Numbered from the stretch's first letter, positions 8,776 through 17,792 are shown. The stretch is 43,716 nt of DNA from an uncultured virus (IMG/VR IMGVR_UViG_2061766007_000189) (IMGVR_UViG_2061766007_000189); one strand, 5' to 3'. Numbers and translations are program-made. The notes: generated by a model not told the origin, from the letters alone.

Positions 8776-9591
8776 TTATTTACCTCCGATAATTTGAATA
8801 TTGTTGTCTATGATAAAGGCTTTGAGCGCCTTTAACTGCTCTTTTGTACCGCTCACAGTAAAAGTCATTCGATAAAGCTTGACCTCTTCTTTTGGCGGTT
8901 TTTCTTCCACTACAGGCGGTGCAAGCATTTCAACCTTTTTCTCGGCTTCCTGTTTAATTTCCTCCTGATGTGCCTTGTGTTCGGCTTCGAACCTTGCTTC
9001 TTCAATTTCTTTTCGCCTGTTCGCAACAATCAAATTAGACTGTGCAAGGTTCAAAGACTTTTTGTACTCTGCCGATACCTCAATGTCAGTGATAGCCTGT
9101 ACATCTGTGTTGATTCTGTCGAGTTCGTCCGAAACTTTCTGAATCAAACTCGATTCACTTGCCGATAACGTCACATTCGGCATAACCCTATTGATATTAA
9201 GCCAGTCAAGCGAATACGAAGCTTTAAGCTCCTCTGCGAATTTCAGCACGTTGTCACGCTTTGCAGCTTTCAAGCCGTCTTCTACGCTGTCAATTTTTGC
9301 TTTTAGCTCGGTATCTGCTTTTTTGAAAGGAACTGTAACACACTCTTTATAGACTTCGTTAAAAGCCTCGTAAGGGGCATTTATAGCCTTTTTAACAGCT
9401 ATTCGCCTGTCTTCATATTCTTTGCACTCTTTGTTAAGGTCTGCACGGATTTTCTTGATTTCTTTGTATGTATCCTCTGTGCAGCCCATAGCGACCGCCG
9501 CCGTGGTTCGGCTTTCAATGTCTTCTTTTAACTCTCTGAGCCGCTCTGTAATTATCGGCAACTGCTTAACTACAATAAGGTTATCGATCAA
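8776..9591 (-). CDS. DUF1351 family coiled-coil protein
   Basis: TEDTYKEIKKIRADLNK....EDRRIAVKKAINAPYEAF; canonical position upstream of recT. Confidence 0.85.
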   Translation of the reverse strand: MIDNLIVVKQLPIITERLRELKEDIESRTTAAVAMGCTEDTYKEIKKIRADLNKECKEYEDRRIAVKKAINAPYEAFNEVYKECVTVPFKKADTELKAKIDSVEDGLKAAKRDNVLKFAEELKASYSLDWLNINRVMPNVTLSASESSLIQKVSDELDRINTDVQAITDIEVSAEYKKSLNLAQSNLIVANRRKEIEEARFEAEHKAHQEEIKQEAEKKVEMLAPPVVEEKPPKEEVKLYRMTFTVSGTKEQLKALKAFIIDNNIQIIGGK

Positions 9592-9969
9592 TTACTTCAA
9601 CCTCTCTTTCTTATCTGTCAACCCTAAAAGATANNNNNNNNNNCATCTCCTTTTTTGCGTACGTTGTCCACGCGCATTTTTTGCAATAAACCTTGTCGTC
9701 AATANNNNNNNNNNNNNNNNNNNNNNNNNNNNNNNNNNNNNNNNNNNNNNNNGCACAATGACAGCAGTAAGTGTTGTCGTCAATTACAACTATTCGCTCG
9801 CCCTCGAAAATATCATCGCCGCAAGAGCAGCAGTTAAACAGCGGTTCTTCATCATAGCGTTCCGGCAGCTTGTTTTCATACTGTAAATATGCTATNNNNN
9901 NNNNNCTCTTCATCATAGCGTTCCGGCAGCTTGTTTTCATACTGCCTGTATGCTATATCCTCTAAAAAA

Positions 9970-10305
9970 TTATTCATTTGCGTTCTCCTTTTCGTTCCAG
10001 TCATTGTAAATCTCGTCCATGCGGTTCGATACTCCTTGCAGCTGTGACAAGGTGCCTTCTTCGCAAAATTTCGCTCCTAAGAATTCTGTTAAATACTCGC
10101 ATTTGGAGTCATTGCTATATCCATTTGCATGAGCATGAACCTCAAGTGTGCCAATATGCCCTGAGAAATACAAAAAGAACGTTGGCTTACTGCCTGTATC
10201 TTCCTGCTGTGTCACTGTCGGATTGTAATCTAAGAAGCGGTCTACAATCTCGTGAACCAATGCTCTTACCTCTGCCGTAATTGGCTTTTCTATAAAATCT
10301 TTCAT
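9970..10305 (-). CDS. Hypothetical early protein (allele 1)
   Basis: AAGGAG RBS; a conserved second allele at 15813-16148 keeps the frame. Confidence 0.8.
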   Translation of the reverse strand: MKDFIEKPITAEVRALVHEIVDRFLDYNPTVTQQEDTGSKPTFFLYFSGHIGTLEVHAHANGYSNDSKCEYLTEFLGAKFCEEGTLSQLQGVSNRMDEIYNDWNEKENANE

Positions 10306-10395
10306 TGACTTTTTCTCCTTTTTGCATTAGAATTAAATTGAAATTAATTTATATTTGCCGCCTGTTGGAATTGCCGATCCTAAGGCGGCTGTTTT
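10305..10395 (+). ncRNA. Predicted short antisense RNA unit: promoter plus intrinsic terminator
   Basis: TTGACT (10305-10)-17 bp-TAGAAT (10328-33); GCCGCC/GGCGGC hairpin at 10357-10389 followed by TGTTTT. Confidence 0.55.
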
Positions 10396-10500
10396 CATCT
10401 CACCTCCTCCCTTCTCCTGAATTTAATCTCAATCTGACCATTGATACGCTTGATACTGCAATCCAAATCTTCGTCACCGTTAAAATTAAANNNNNNNNNN

Positions 10501-10751
10501 GCAGGAACCTCATTATCTGTAATAATCACGTCTTTGAGCGTTTTAATATGTTCTAAATTCTTAACATATCCATGCCACCAAAGAAATTTATATACTGTTG
10601 TTGTTTGCTTAGCATGGTTAATATGTATATCAATTGCCAAACCATTCCGCATTTCATGTTTATCTAAAATCTCCGGTGCTATCATAAAGGTGATATATTC
10701 TTCACCGTCTTTCCCTATGCTGCTGTGAGTATAATCATATCCATAGTTCAT
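10501..10751 (-). CDS. Hypothetical protein (5' part)
   Basis: GAGGAG RBS, open frame up to N. Confidence 0.55.
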
Positions 10752-10772
10752 CTCAGCTCCTCNNNNNNNNNN

Positions 10773-10840
10773 AAATTAAAGTGAATTAAAATTATATTTG
10801 CCGCCTGTTGGAATTGCCGTTCCTAAGGCGGCTGTTTTTA
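10773..10840 (+). terminator. Third (partial) copy of the GCCGCC hairpin element
   Basis: gccgcctgttggaattgccgttcctaaggcggctgttttt; promoter half lost in N. Confidence 0.6.
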
Positions 10841-10884
10841 TGTGTAAACTTTAATTCCCAGCTCTTCCATAAGANNNNNNNNNN

Positions 10885-11076
10885 CAACTCCCTCTTTCTC
10901 CTAATCTCACGCTTTTTTTCAAGAACCGAGAGTATAAAGTCGATTTCATCATCGTCGTTAAGGTCTGCTTCAAGCTTTACTCCGTCAATCTTCATGATGA
11001 TGTAACCGTCATTATCATCGTCAGGGAATGCAAACCTTTTCAAGCGGTTAAGCAGTTTGTTCATTGTCTTGTCCAC
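10885..11076 (-). CDS. Hypothetical acidic protein (fragment)
   Basis: Open frame MNKLLNRLKRFAFPDDD...; AAGGAG RBS. Confidence 0.5.
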
Positions 11077-11133
11077 TCCTTAAATTCCTCAACCTCATAA
11101 TCCGAGGTGCTGTTAATGATATCNNNNNNNNNN

Positions 11134-11463
11134 CCCGTGCATATAAATAAATTTACTCTTTGTTCCTGCATTTCGTACAATAAAATCGTCACATTTTTGC
11201 TTGCTTAAATGATTTTTTAATACTTCGTATTCATAAGCATATTGTCCACTTTCTTCTTTTTTGCGTATGCGTTCCTGTATTTCTTCATCCTCGTAATTCG
11301 CTTCAATCATNNNNNNNNNNCCCGTTTTCCTCTTTTTTGCGAATACGTTCCTGTATTTCATCATCTTCATAATTCGCTTCAATCATGTACAAATCATATT
11401 CGGGAGCAGTTACCCCGTTAAGGTTGTTCGTGTCTGTTGCATAAAAGATTTTTTCGCCGTCAA
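11134..11463 (-). CDS. Metallo-beta-lactamase-fold hydrolase (3' half, two overlapping allele fragments)
   Basis: Own translation DGEKIFYATDT...YDLYMIEANY...NHLS...FIYMHG; usual neighbour downstream of recT. Confidence 0.8.
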
Positions 11464-11965
11464 NNNNNNNNNNNNNNNNNNNNNNNNNNNNNNNNNNNNN
11501 NNNNNNNNNNNNNNNNNNNNNNNNNNNNNNNNNNNNNNNNNNNNNNNNNNNNNNNNNNNNNNNNNNNNNNNNNNNNNNNNNNNNNNNNNNNNNNNNNNNN
11601 NNNNNNNNNNNNNNNNNNNNNNNNNNNNNNNNNNNNNNNNNNNNNNNNNNNNNNNNNNNNNNNNNNNNNNNNNNNNNNNNNNNNNNNNNNNNNNNNNNNN
11701 NNNNNNNNNNNNNNNNNNNNNNNNNNNNNNNNNNNNNNNNNNNNNNNNNNNNNNNNNNNNNNNNNNNNNNNNNNNNNNNNNNNNNNNNNNNNNNNNNNNN
11801 NNNNNNNNNNNNNNNNNNNNNNNNNNNNNNNNNNNNNNNNNNNNNNNNNNNNNNNNNNNNNNNNNNNNNNNNNNNNNNNNNNNNNNNNNNNNNNNNNNNN
11901 NNNNNNNNNNNNNNNNNNNNNNNNNNNNNNNNNNNNNNNNNNNNNNNNNNNNNNNNNNNNNNNNN

Positions 11966-12446
11966 ACAGGCACAAAATCAGCGTTCTGCTTTTCGATTGT
12001 TGCTCCGTCACTACTAATAGCTTGCTGTAGTTCAAGCGACATTATGCCCCACTTGCTAATTAACTGCCTGAGCATTGTCTTTTTCGCCATTCCGTCAAAA
12101 TCCTTGTACCAGAATGACGAATATTTCCAGAGTTCATTCTGCGGAATTTCGCCCTTTTGCAGTTTCTCATATGCCGTTCTTGAAAAGGCGGGGCTGTATT
12201 TGTCGGCGTGAGAGAGCATTTTATCTTTGCTCCAATAAATTGCCTTTTCAAATCCGTTCGCGTACTCAAAAAAGGCGTAATAACCTATCGTTTCAGCGTT
12301 TTCACGCTCCGTAAAGTCTTCTATGAACTCACATTCGATTTCCTCTTTTAAAGGATTGTAACGGATAAGTTCGCCCTGCTTGATTTCAATGACATTGATT
12401 TTCTTATAATATCCTGACCTGATTGCGAGCTGTAAGTAACCTTTAT
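11966..12446 (-). CDS. recT: RecT central/C-terminal fragment
   Basis: KGYLQLAIRSG...FWYKDFDGMAKKTMLRQLISKWGIMS. Confidence 0.88.
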
Positions 12447-12477
12447 CATTTATACCAACGATTTACCATTTGCGTTG
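12447..12477 (-). other. Non-coding insertion end in recT; candidate group I intron 3' end
   Basis: In-frame TAA (12463-65) upstream of KGYLQL; small hairpin, then TATAAATG with a terminal G directly before AT-AAA-GGT. Confidence 0.45.
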
Positions 12478-12487
12478 NNNNNNNNNN

Positions 12488-12690
12488 TTCCATAAATCTT
12501 TATCGGGTATTTCACCGTTCAAAAGCTTTTCGTAAGAAGCTTTATTGAATGCCTTGCTGTATTTGTCAGCGTGAGCTAACATCTGAGCTTTGCTCCAATA
12601 AATCACTTTTTTAAATCCGTTGATGTATTCAAACATAGCATAATAGCCTATTGTCGGGGTTTTCTCACGCTCGTCAACATCCTGAATTGG
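12488..12690 (-). CDS. recT: RecT central fragment (other allele)
   Basis: GYYAMFEYINGFKKVIYWSKAQMLAHADKYSKAF parallels 12170-12310. Confidence 0.8.
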
Positions 12691-12995
12691 NNNNNNNNNN
12701 AACCTCTTCTTTTGGCGGTTTTTCTTCCACTACAGGCGGTGCAAGCATTTCNNNNNNNNNNCGCAAGCGTTTCAACCTTTTTTACGGCTTTACGCTTAAC
12801 TTCTTCCTGCTGCGCCTTGCGTTCGGCTTCAAGTCTTGCTTCTTCGATCTCACGCTTGCGATTGTTCACGATAGTCTGAGCCTGCGCTAAGTTCAAAGAT
12901 TTTTTATACTCTGCCAAAACCTCAATGTCGGTTACAGCTTGTACATCATCGTTAATTCTGTCGAGTTCGTCCGAAACTTTTTGCANNNNNNNNNN

Positions 12996-13310
12996 AATGA
13001 ACGTTGCGTCAAAATGTTCGGGAATACCGTTTTTTGCTTTCACCTTGAACGGCACAAGGTAGTAATGTCCTAATTGTGGGGAATGAGCCAAATTAAGGCT
13101 CTCAGCCAAAAGTGAACCGCTTAAAATTGTCTTGGCTTCACAGGTCTGCAATTGTGGATTAGTCGCAACAGCTGACATAATTGCAGCTGTGTAGCGTTCT
13201 GCTTTTTTGGGATTTCCCAGCGTCTGTTGAATTAATTTCTGATATGTATCGCTCTTGATTACCATTGAAAATTTAGGCTTCTGTGCAGCCAATGCGTTGT
13301 TGTTTGCCAT
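12996..13310 (-). CDS. recT: RecT 5' fragment (allele 2)
   Basis: Near-identical to 8512-8773; ends ...FDATFI at N. Confidence 0.85.
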
Positions 13311-13315
13311 GATTA

Positions 13316-13825
13316 TTAACCTCCGATAATTTGAATATTATTGTCTATGATAAAGGCTTTGAGCGCCTTTAACTGCTCTTTTGTACCGCTCACAGTAAAA
13401 GTCATTCGATAAAGCTTGACCTCTTCTTTTGGCGGCTTTTCTTCCACTACAGGCGGCGCAAGCGTTTCAACCTTTTTCACGGTTTCTTGCTTAACTTCTT
13501 CCTGTTGCGCCTTGCGTTCGGCTTCGAGTCTTGCTTCTTCAATCTCACGTCTGCGGTTATTTACAATAGTCTGAGCCTGCGCTAAGTTCAAAGATTTTTT
13601 ATACTCTGCCAATACCTCTATGTCGGTTATAGCTTGTACATCATCGTTAATTCTGTCGAGTTCGTCCGAAACTTTTTGCATCAAGCTGGACTCACTTGCT
13701 GATAAAGTAATATTAGGCATAACTCTGTTAATGTTGAGCCAGTCAAGAGCATACGAAGCTTTCAGCTCCTCTGCGAATTTCAACACGTTTTCACGCTTTG
13801 AAGCTTTCAAGCCGTCTTCTACGCT
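13316..13825 (-). CDS. DUF1351 protein, second allele (3' part)
   Basis: Parallel to 8776-9290. Confidence 0.8.
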   Translation of the reverse strand, partial: SVEDGLKASKRENVLKFAEELKASYALDWLNINRVMPNITLSASESSLMQKVSDELDRINDDVQAITDIEVLAEYKKSLNLAQAQTIVNNRRREIEEARLEAERKAQQEEVKQETVKKVETLAPPVVEEKPPKEEVKLYRMTFTVSGTKEQLKALKAFIIDNNIQIIGG

Positions 13826-13921
13826 NNNNNNNNNNAATATCGATATCCGGCAGTGTAAAATCTATGTTGCTTTCCGTGAGCTTGTCAAGCTCGGTGAAAA
13901 TTGTTGCTGATTCTGTGTTCA

Positions 13922-14236
13922 TTAAATTTTGTTCCTTTCAAAAATGCCTAATTTCATTTCGTCTGTTACACCAAAATGAAATTTTTCTCTGTAATCCTCA
14001 AAGGATTTTTCGCCATTCTTAAGGCTATTGTAAATTTCAAGAGCTTCTTCTTTATTCTTAACGTTAATGTCAAGTCTAAATTTTTCACCTCTGTGAGTGT
14101 AACTGCCAAAATTAATTTGAGAAATGGGGTAAGCACCCACACAAAATTGTAGCCAAGGGGAGTCGTAATCTTCGCTCCAATCTTCAAGCTGTATCGCAAC
14201 ATTGTTAGGTGTAAAACCTTTTTCTGTGACCTTCAT
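13922..14236 (-). CDS. Hypothetical protein
   Basis: 104-aa ORF, GGAG RBS, coupled to neighbours. Confidence 0.7.
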   Translation of the reverse strand: MKVTEKGFTPNNVAIQLEDWSEDYDSPWLQFCVGAYPISQINFGSYTHRGEKFRLDINVKNKEEALEIYNSLKNGEKSFEDYREKFHFGVTDEMKLGIFERNKI

Positions 14237-14242
14237 TGATAA

Positions 14243-14503
14243 TTATCGCTCCATTCTGTACTCAATCCTGTATTCGGGTGAAAAATATATATCTTGAATT
14301 GCTTTTATGACCTCGTGCTGAGATACAATCCTGTGATTTCCGCATTTGCCAAAACATTTAAATTTACCGCATTTACTACAAAAGCGGTACTTTGAAGATG
14401 TTCGGTAATACACCATAAAGGTACAATATTTGATTTTCTTGTATTCTATCGCATACCAGTATGCTCCCTCGGTTAGGCAGCGATCCGGGTCAAATATGCT
14501 GTA
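14243..14503 (-). CDS. Cys-containing hypothetical protein (3' part; not in ORF track)
   Basis: Own translation: 86 open codons YSIFDPDRC...FCSKCGKFKCFGKCG...EYRMER*. Confidence 0.55.
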   Translation of the reverse strand, partial: YSIFDPDRCLTEGAYWYAIEYKKIKYCTFMVYYRTSSKYRFCSKCGKFKCFGKCGNHRIVSQHEVIKAIQDIYFSPEYRIEYRMER

Positions 14504-14513
14504 NNNNNNNNNN

Positions 14514-14708
14514 GTTTACGCTGTCAATCAGTTTTTCAAGCCTTACCTTACCAAACCCAAAATCACGGTTAAGGCAGTAACAGAATGCTTTGAAAAGTCT
14601 GCGTGTAAAGCCAAACTGCTTTTTACTGAGTTCCTGTTCTGCCAAAGCAATCATGTCTTCTTGTGTGCGTTTGGTAAACTTGTTTCTTAAAGGTACTCTT
14701 GCTTTCAT
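14514..14708 (-). CDS. Hypothetical phage protein (5' part)
   Basis: MKARVP...LNRDFGFGKVRLEKL; ATGA overlap with the upstream gene. Confidence 0.65.
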
Positions 14709-14991
14709 TTCAGAACCCCCGCATTCCTCAGCTTTTGCAGCTTTAACAAGTGCTTTTCCATATCGTCAACATTGATACACCAAACTTCAAAAGCCGTTTT
14801 AACATCTATGTTTCCCGGAAGCCATGTTCTCACCGGCTTATCTTTTGCAGCCATAGCTGCTTGTACGGATTTTTTCAGCCGTGTCGCTGTTGTTGAATTG
14901 CATGAAAACAACTCTCTTATTTCGGCATTGTTGATTTCTGTCTTTGTGTAGTACAGCTCCAATGCTTTNNNNNNNNNNTTCTTGCTTTCAT
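14705..14991 (-). CDS. Putative DNA-binding early protein (gap near N-terminus)
   Basis: ALELYYTKTEINNAEIRELF...TATRLKK HTH-like; ATGA-coupled to the Xis-like gene. Confidence 0.65.
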
Positions 14992-15191
14992 TGTGTACCC
15001 TCCAAAAATTTGACAAAAGCTAATCTTGGTATTCTGGTCCTTGTACCCATAACGATTACCGGGAAGCCAAGTTGCTCAGGGCACTTATGTGCTGCAACCC
15101 TTATGTACTGTGGGTCGCAGCCGATAACCTGTGCCGCTATTGCTGGAGTTATGATGTCCTTATCGAGTGTTTTAAGTTCTTGCAGTGTCAT
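14988..15191 (-). CDS. Excisionase-like winged-HTH protein
   Basis: ITPAIAAQVIGCDPQYIRV...FPVIVMGTRTRIPRLAF; GGAGG RBS. Confidence 0.75.
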   Translation of the reverse strand: MTLQELKTLDKDIITPAIAAQVIGCDPQYIRVAAHKCPEQLGFPVIVMGTRTRIPRLAFVKFLEGTQ

Positions 15192-15194
15192 AGG

Positions 15195-15416
15195 CTAGTC
15201 CTCCTCTTCCTGCCACTCCCACTCTTCGTAATCTTCAACGAGATTACAGCGGTCTATCTGCTCGTACAAAGCATTGTAACAGTGCCTTGCTGTTTCAAAT
15301 TCGGTCGTGTTGCTCTTGGAATTTCTTATTAGCTTCAAGAGCACGTCTGCACTTGCTTTCACAGCCGTAAACAGGCTGTATTTCATTTCGTTGTAAAGTT
15401 CTTCGTAGTTCATCAT
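15195..15416 (-). CDS. Hypothetical acidic protein
   Basis: GAGGAGGT RBS, 73 aa. Confidence 0.7.
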   Translation of the reverse strand: MMNYEELYNEMKYSLFTAVKASADVLLKLIRNSKSNTTEFETARHCYNALYEQIDRCNLVEDYEEWEWQEEED

Positions 15417-15446
15417 TCTGAACCTCCTCTCGGGTCTGTCGGTTCG

Positions 15447-15599
15447 TTAGGCGGACTTTCCGACATCAATTCCTGCCGAATAGCCTTTGATTAATGTCAA
15501 CATCATTTTAATTTCTTCGGGATTAAGTCGCTCCATAACTTCAATAAGCTCCTTAATAGCCTTGATGTCGTTCTTGTGAATAACCTTAACTTCTGACAT
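15447..15599 (-). CDS. 50-aa helical protein at the head of an alternative early cassette (not in ORF track)
   Basis: AAGGAGGT RBS; MSEVKVIHKNDIKAIKELIEVMERLNPEEIKMMLTLIKGYSAGIDVGKSA*. Confidence 0.75.
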   Translation of the reverse strand: MSEVKVIHKNDIKAIKELIEVMERLNPEEIKMMLTLIKGYSAGIDVGKSA

Positions 15600-15812
15600 A
15601 AAGATACCTCCTTGCAAATTATTTTTATTTCTACCACATTCACAAAATATTTACAATATCCTACATTGTTTTTATTATGNNNNNNNNNNATTGTTATCGT
15701 GTCATCCTCAAAAATATCGTCAAGGCAAGAAAAGCAGACACCAAGCGGCTTTTCGTCATACCTTTTAGGCAGTTGGTTTTCATACTCCCTATATACTCGA
15801 TCATCAAAAAAA

Positions 15813-16148
15813 CTACTCATTGCAATGCTCCTTTTTCTCCCAGTCCTTGTAAATCTCGTCCATACGGTTTAAAACTCCTTGCAACTGCGTTAAAGTGTCT
15901 TCTTCATACAAATCCACACCAGCAAAATCTGTTATATGCTCGCATTCGGAATTATTGCTATATCCGTTTGCATGAGCACTAACCTCAAGAGTGCAAAGAT
16001 GTCCCGATAAATCTATAAAGAATGTCGGTTTATCGCCTGTGGTTTCCTGATTTGTCCTTGTCGGATTGTAATCCAAGAAACGGTCTACAATCTCGTGAAC
16101 CAATGCTCTTACCTCTGCCGTAATAGGCTTTTCTATAAAATCTTTCAT
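15813..16148 (-). CDS. Hypothetical early protein (allele 2 of 9970-10305)
   Basis: Same length and N-terminus as allele 1. Confidence 0.8.
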   Translation of the reverse strand: MKDFIEKPITAEVRALVHEIVDRFLDYNPTRTNQETTGDKPTFFIDLSGHLCTLEVSAHANGYSNNSECEHITDFAGVDLYEEDTLTQLQGVLNRMDEIYKDWEKKEHCNE

Positions 16149-16240
16149 TGACTTTTTCTCCTTTTTGCATTAGAATTAAATTGGAATTATTTATATTTGC
16201 CGCCTGTTGGAATTGCCGTCCTAAGGCGGCTTTTTTTATT
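16148..16240 (+). ncRNA. Predicted short antisense RNA unit (second full copy)
   Basis: TTGACT (16148-53)-17-TAGAAT (16171-76); hairpin at 16199-16230 followed by T7. Confidence 0.55.
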
Positions 16241-17032
16241 TTCCCTCTGCATTCATCTTCTCTATGTCTTCAAAGCTCAGTTGCAAGCTCGCCGCCGCTT
16301 TTGCTTCTTTTTCCTCGTTCATTCTCTTGGCTTTGTAATCGTTGTACTTTTGGCGGTACTCGTAACTTTTGCCAAAAATGTTCCAAGCTGCTTTTACAAC
16401 ATTAGGTTCATACGGTCTGATTTTCTCCAAGTCATCAACCGCTTTGTGAGAAATAGGGCAGCCACAGCAGCCTGTTCTTGTCAGCCCATAGACTTCGTAT
16501 GCGTCCGAATATCTTATGTTGTAATACTCTTTGTACCACGCTTTGTCTTTGTCGGTTACGTAATACAGCGGTTTGAACCGGAACTGTCCGTTAGCTTGCT
16601 CTGAAAAACACATTGTGTTTGTTTCATTCCATTGCTCCGAGCGCGGCACGGATCGCATACCGCCTTCATCTCTTCTTTCACCTGTTATTATCATGTCATA
16701 TCCTTTTTGTACTCGGTGTGCAACTTGCTTTTTGCAATAATCGCAGCACTTAGCGCTAACCTGAAATTCAGGCGGATACTCTCTGATGAAGTCTAACATG
16801 TATTTATTTGAATTAATTACAAGCTGTATGCTAGGCCTTGACTCGCCTTTTGAATTGCAGCAGCAAAGAAAATTAATCGTTGTTTCACATTTCGGATAAC
16901 GCTCTTTCAATTCTTTACGCTTTGCAGCTTTATTCTCTGCATTGTTGTATTCATCGTAAATCGATAGCGGGAGCTCTTTCTTCTGCCAACCCTCAAGCCC
17001 TGCCGACATAATCTTCGATACAAACGGTATCC
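16236..17032 (-). CDS. PAPS/APS reductase-like (adenine nucleotide alpha hydrolase family) protein, 5' end missing
   Basis: KCCDYCKK, ITGERRDEGGMR, FKPLYY, RTGCCGCP motifs. Confidence 0.8.
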
Positions 17033-17043
17033 CNNNNNNNNNN

Positions 17044-17196
17044 AGACAACTTAATCAGCTTATCCGAGGGTATAGGCTTATCTTCAATTTCATATCGGTA
17101 GTAGCTCTTCTTACATACACCGATATAACTGATAACCTCATCTTGACTGAGTTTAAGTTCTCGTCTGCGTTCTTTAAGTCTGTTTATTTTTATCAA
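17044..17196 (-). CDS. XRE-family HTH protein (5' part; the 3' end YLLGLTD is probably the fragment at 9592-9632)
   Basis: NRLKERRRELKLSQDEV...YYRYE....IP...LIKL; AGGAG before a TTG start. Confidence 0.8.
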
Positions 17197-17244
17197 CTCC
17201 TATCTGTTCGGGAATCCACCACGAAAGCGAGGTGAACAAAAAAA

Positions 17245-17466
17245 ATGACATTTAAATCTTGGTTGAAACAGTCTAAGTACATGAAAGAAAACACTCCTAT
17301 CGGTGACCTTGCTCGAGATATTGTCGCCGATAAAGAATTTCCTAACACAGTCGAAAAATATGTAATCCGTGAATATCTGCCTTTAGACGACAAACTCGAA
17401 AATTCACTTAACAGATTGTACTTTGATTTTATCCGTTTCATCTCTCGTGATTATTCTGATGAATGA
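17245..17466 (+). CDS. YozE SAM-like domain protein
   Basis: MTFKSWL...TPIGDLARDIVADKEFP signature; GAGGTG RBS. Confidence 0.8.
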   Translation: MTFKSWLKQSKYMKENTPIGDLARDIVADKEFPNTVEKYVIREYLPLDDKLENSLNRLYFDFIRFISRDYSDE

Positions 17467-17660
17467 TTGTTACTTTTCGGGAATTCATCAACAGGAATAA
17501 CCAACGAATAATAACGCGGCGGAAGCTTCGGCGTTTTTTCTCCATATTTTGGAGTGATAGCATAATGCTGATACAATCCACACGGGAAACTCTGAATATC
17601 TGCTCTACTGCTCAGTTCCTTTATAAGCTGTGCGGTAGAGTATTTTTTTAGCTCGTCCAT
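17451..17660 (-). CDS. First gene of the lytic early operon (BC1881-like small protein)
   Basis: ELKKYSTAQLIKELSSR; AAGGAGGTG RBS directly after the consensus promoter. Confidence 0.7.
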   Translation of the reverse strand: MDELKKYSTAQLIKELSSRADIQSFPCGLYQHYAITPKYGEKTPKLPPRYYSLVIPVDEFPKSNNHSSE

Positions 17661-17680
17661 CTCTTTTCACCTCCTTTTTA

Positions 17681-17781
17681 TGTCGTTGAGAAAATTATAT
17701 ATCACAACGAGAAATTTGTCAACCCTTTTTTAAAATTTTTTCAAAAAAAAGATTGACATTGAGAAATTTTTCTGATATTCT
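17681..17781. promoter_or_regulatory. Divergent lysis/lysogeny switch: two promoters and three putative operators
   Basis: - strand TTGACA (17722-17)-17-TATAAT (17699-94); + strand TTGACA (17753-58)-17-TATTCT (17776-81) with an extended -10 TG; TSWC-N3-GAGAAA at 17681, 17702 and 17754. Confidence 0.85.
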
Positions 17782-17792
17782 ATTCTTAGGGG

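Noticed and set aside
10337..10345. ATTGAAAT resembling a CRISPR repeat 3' handle (RNA anti-CRISPR idea)
   Set aside because: Not conserved in the other two copies and not preceded by a repeat-like hairpin
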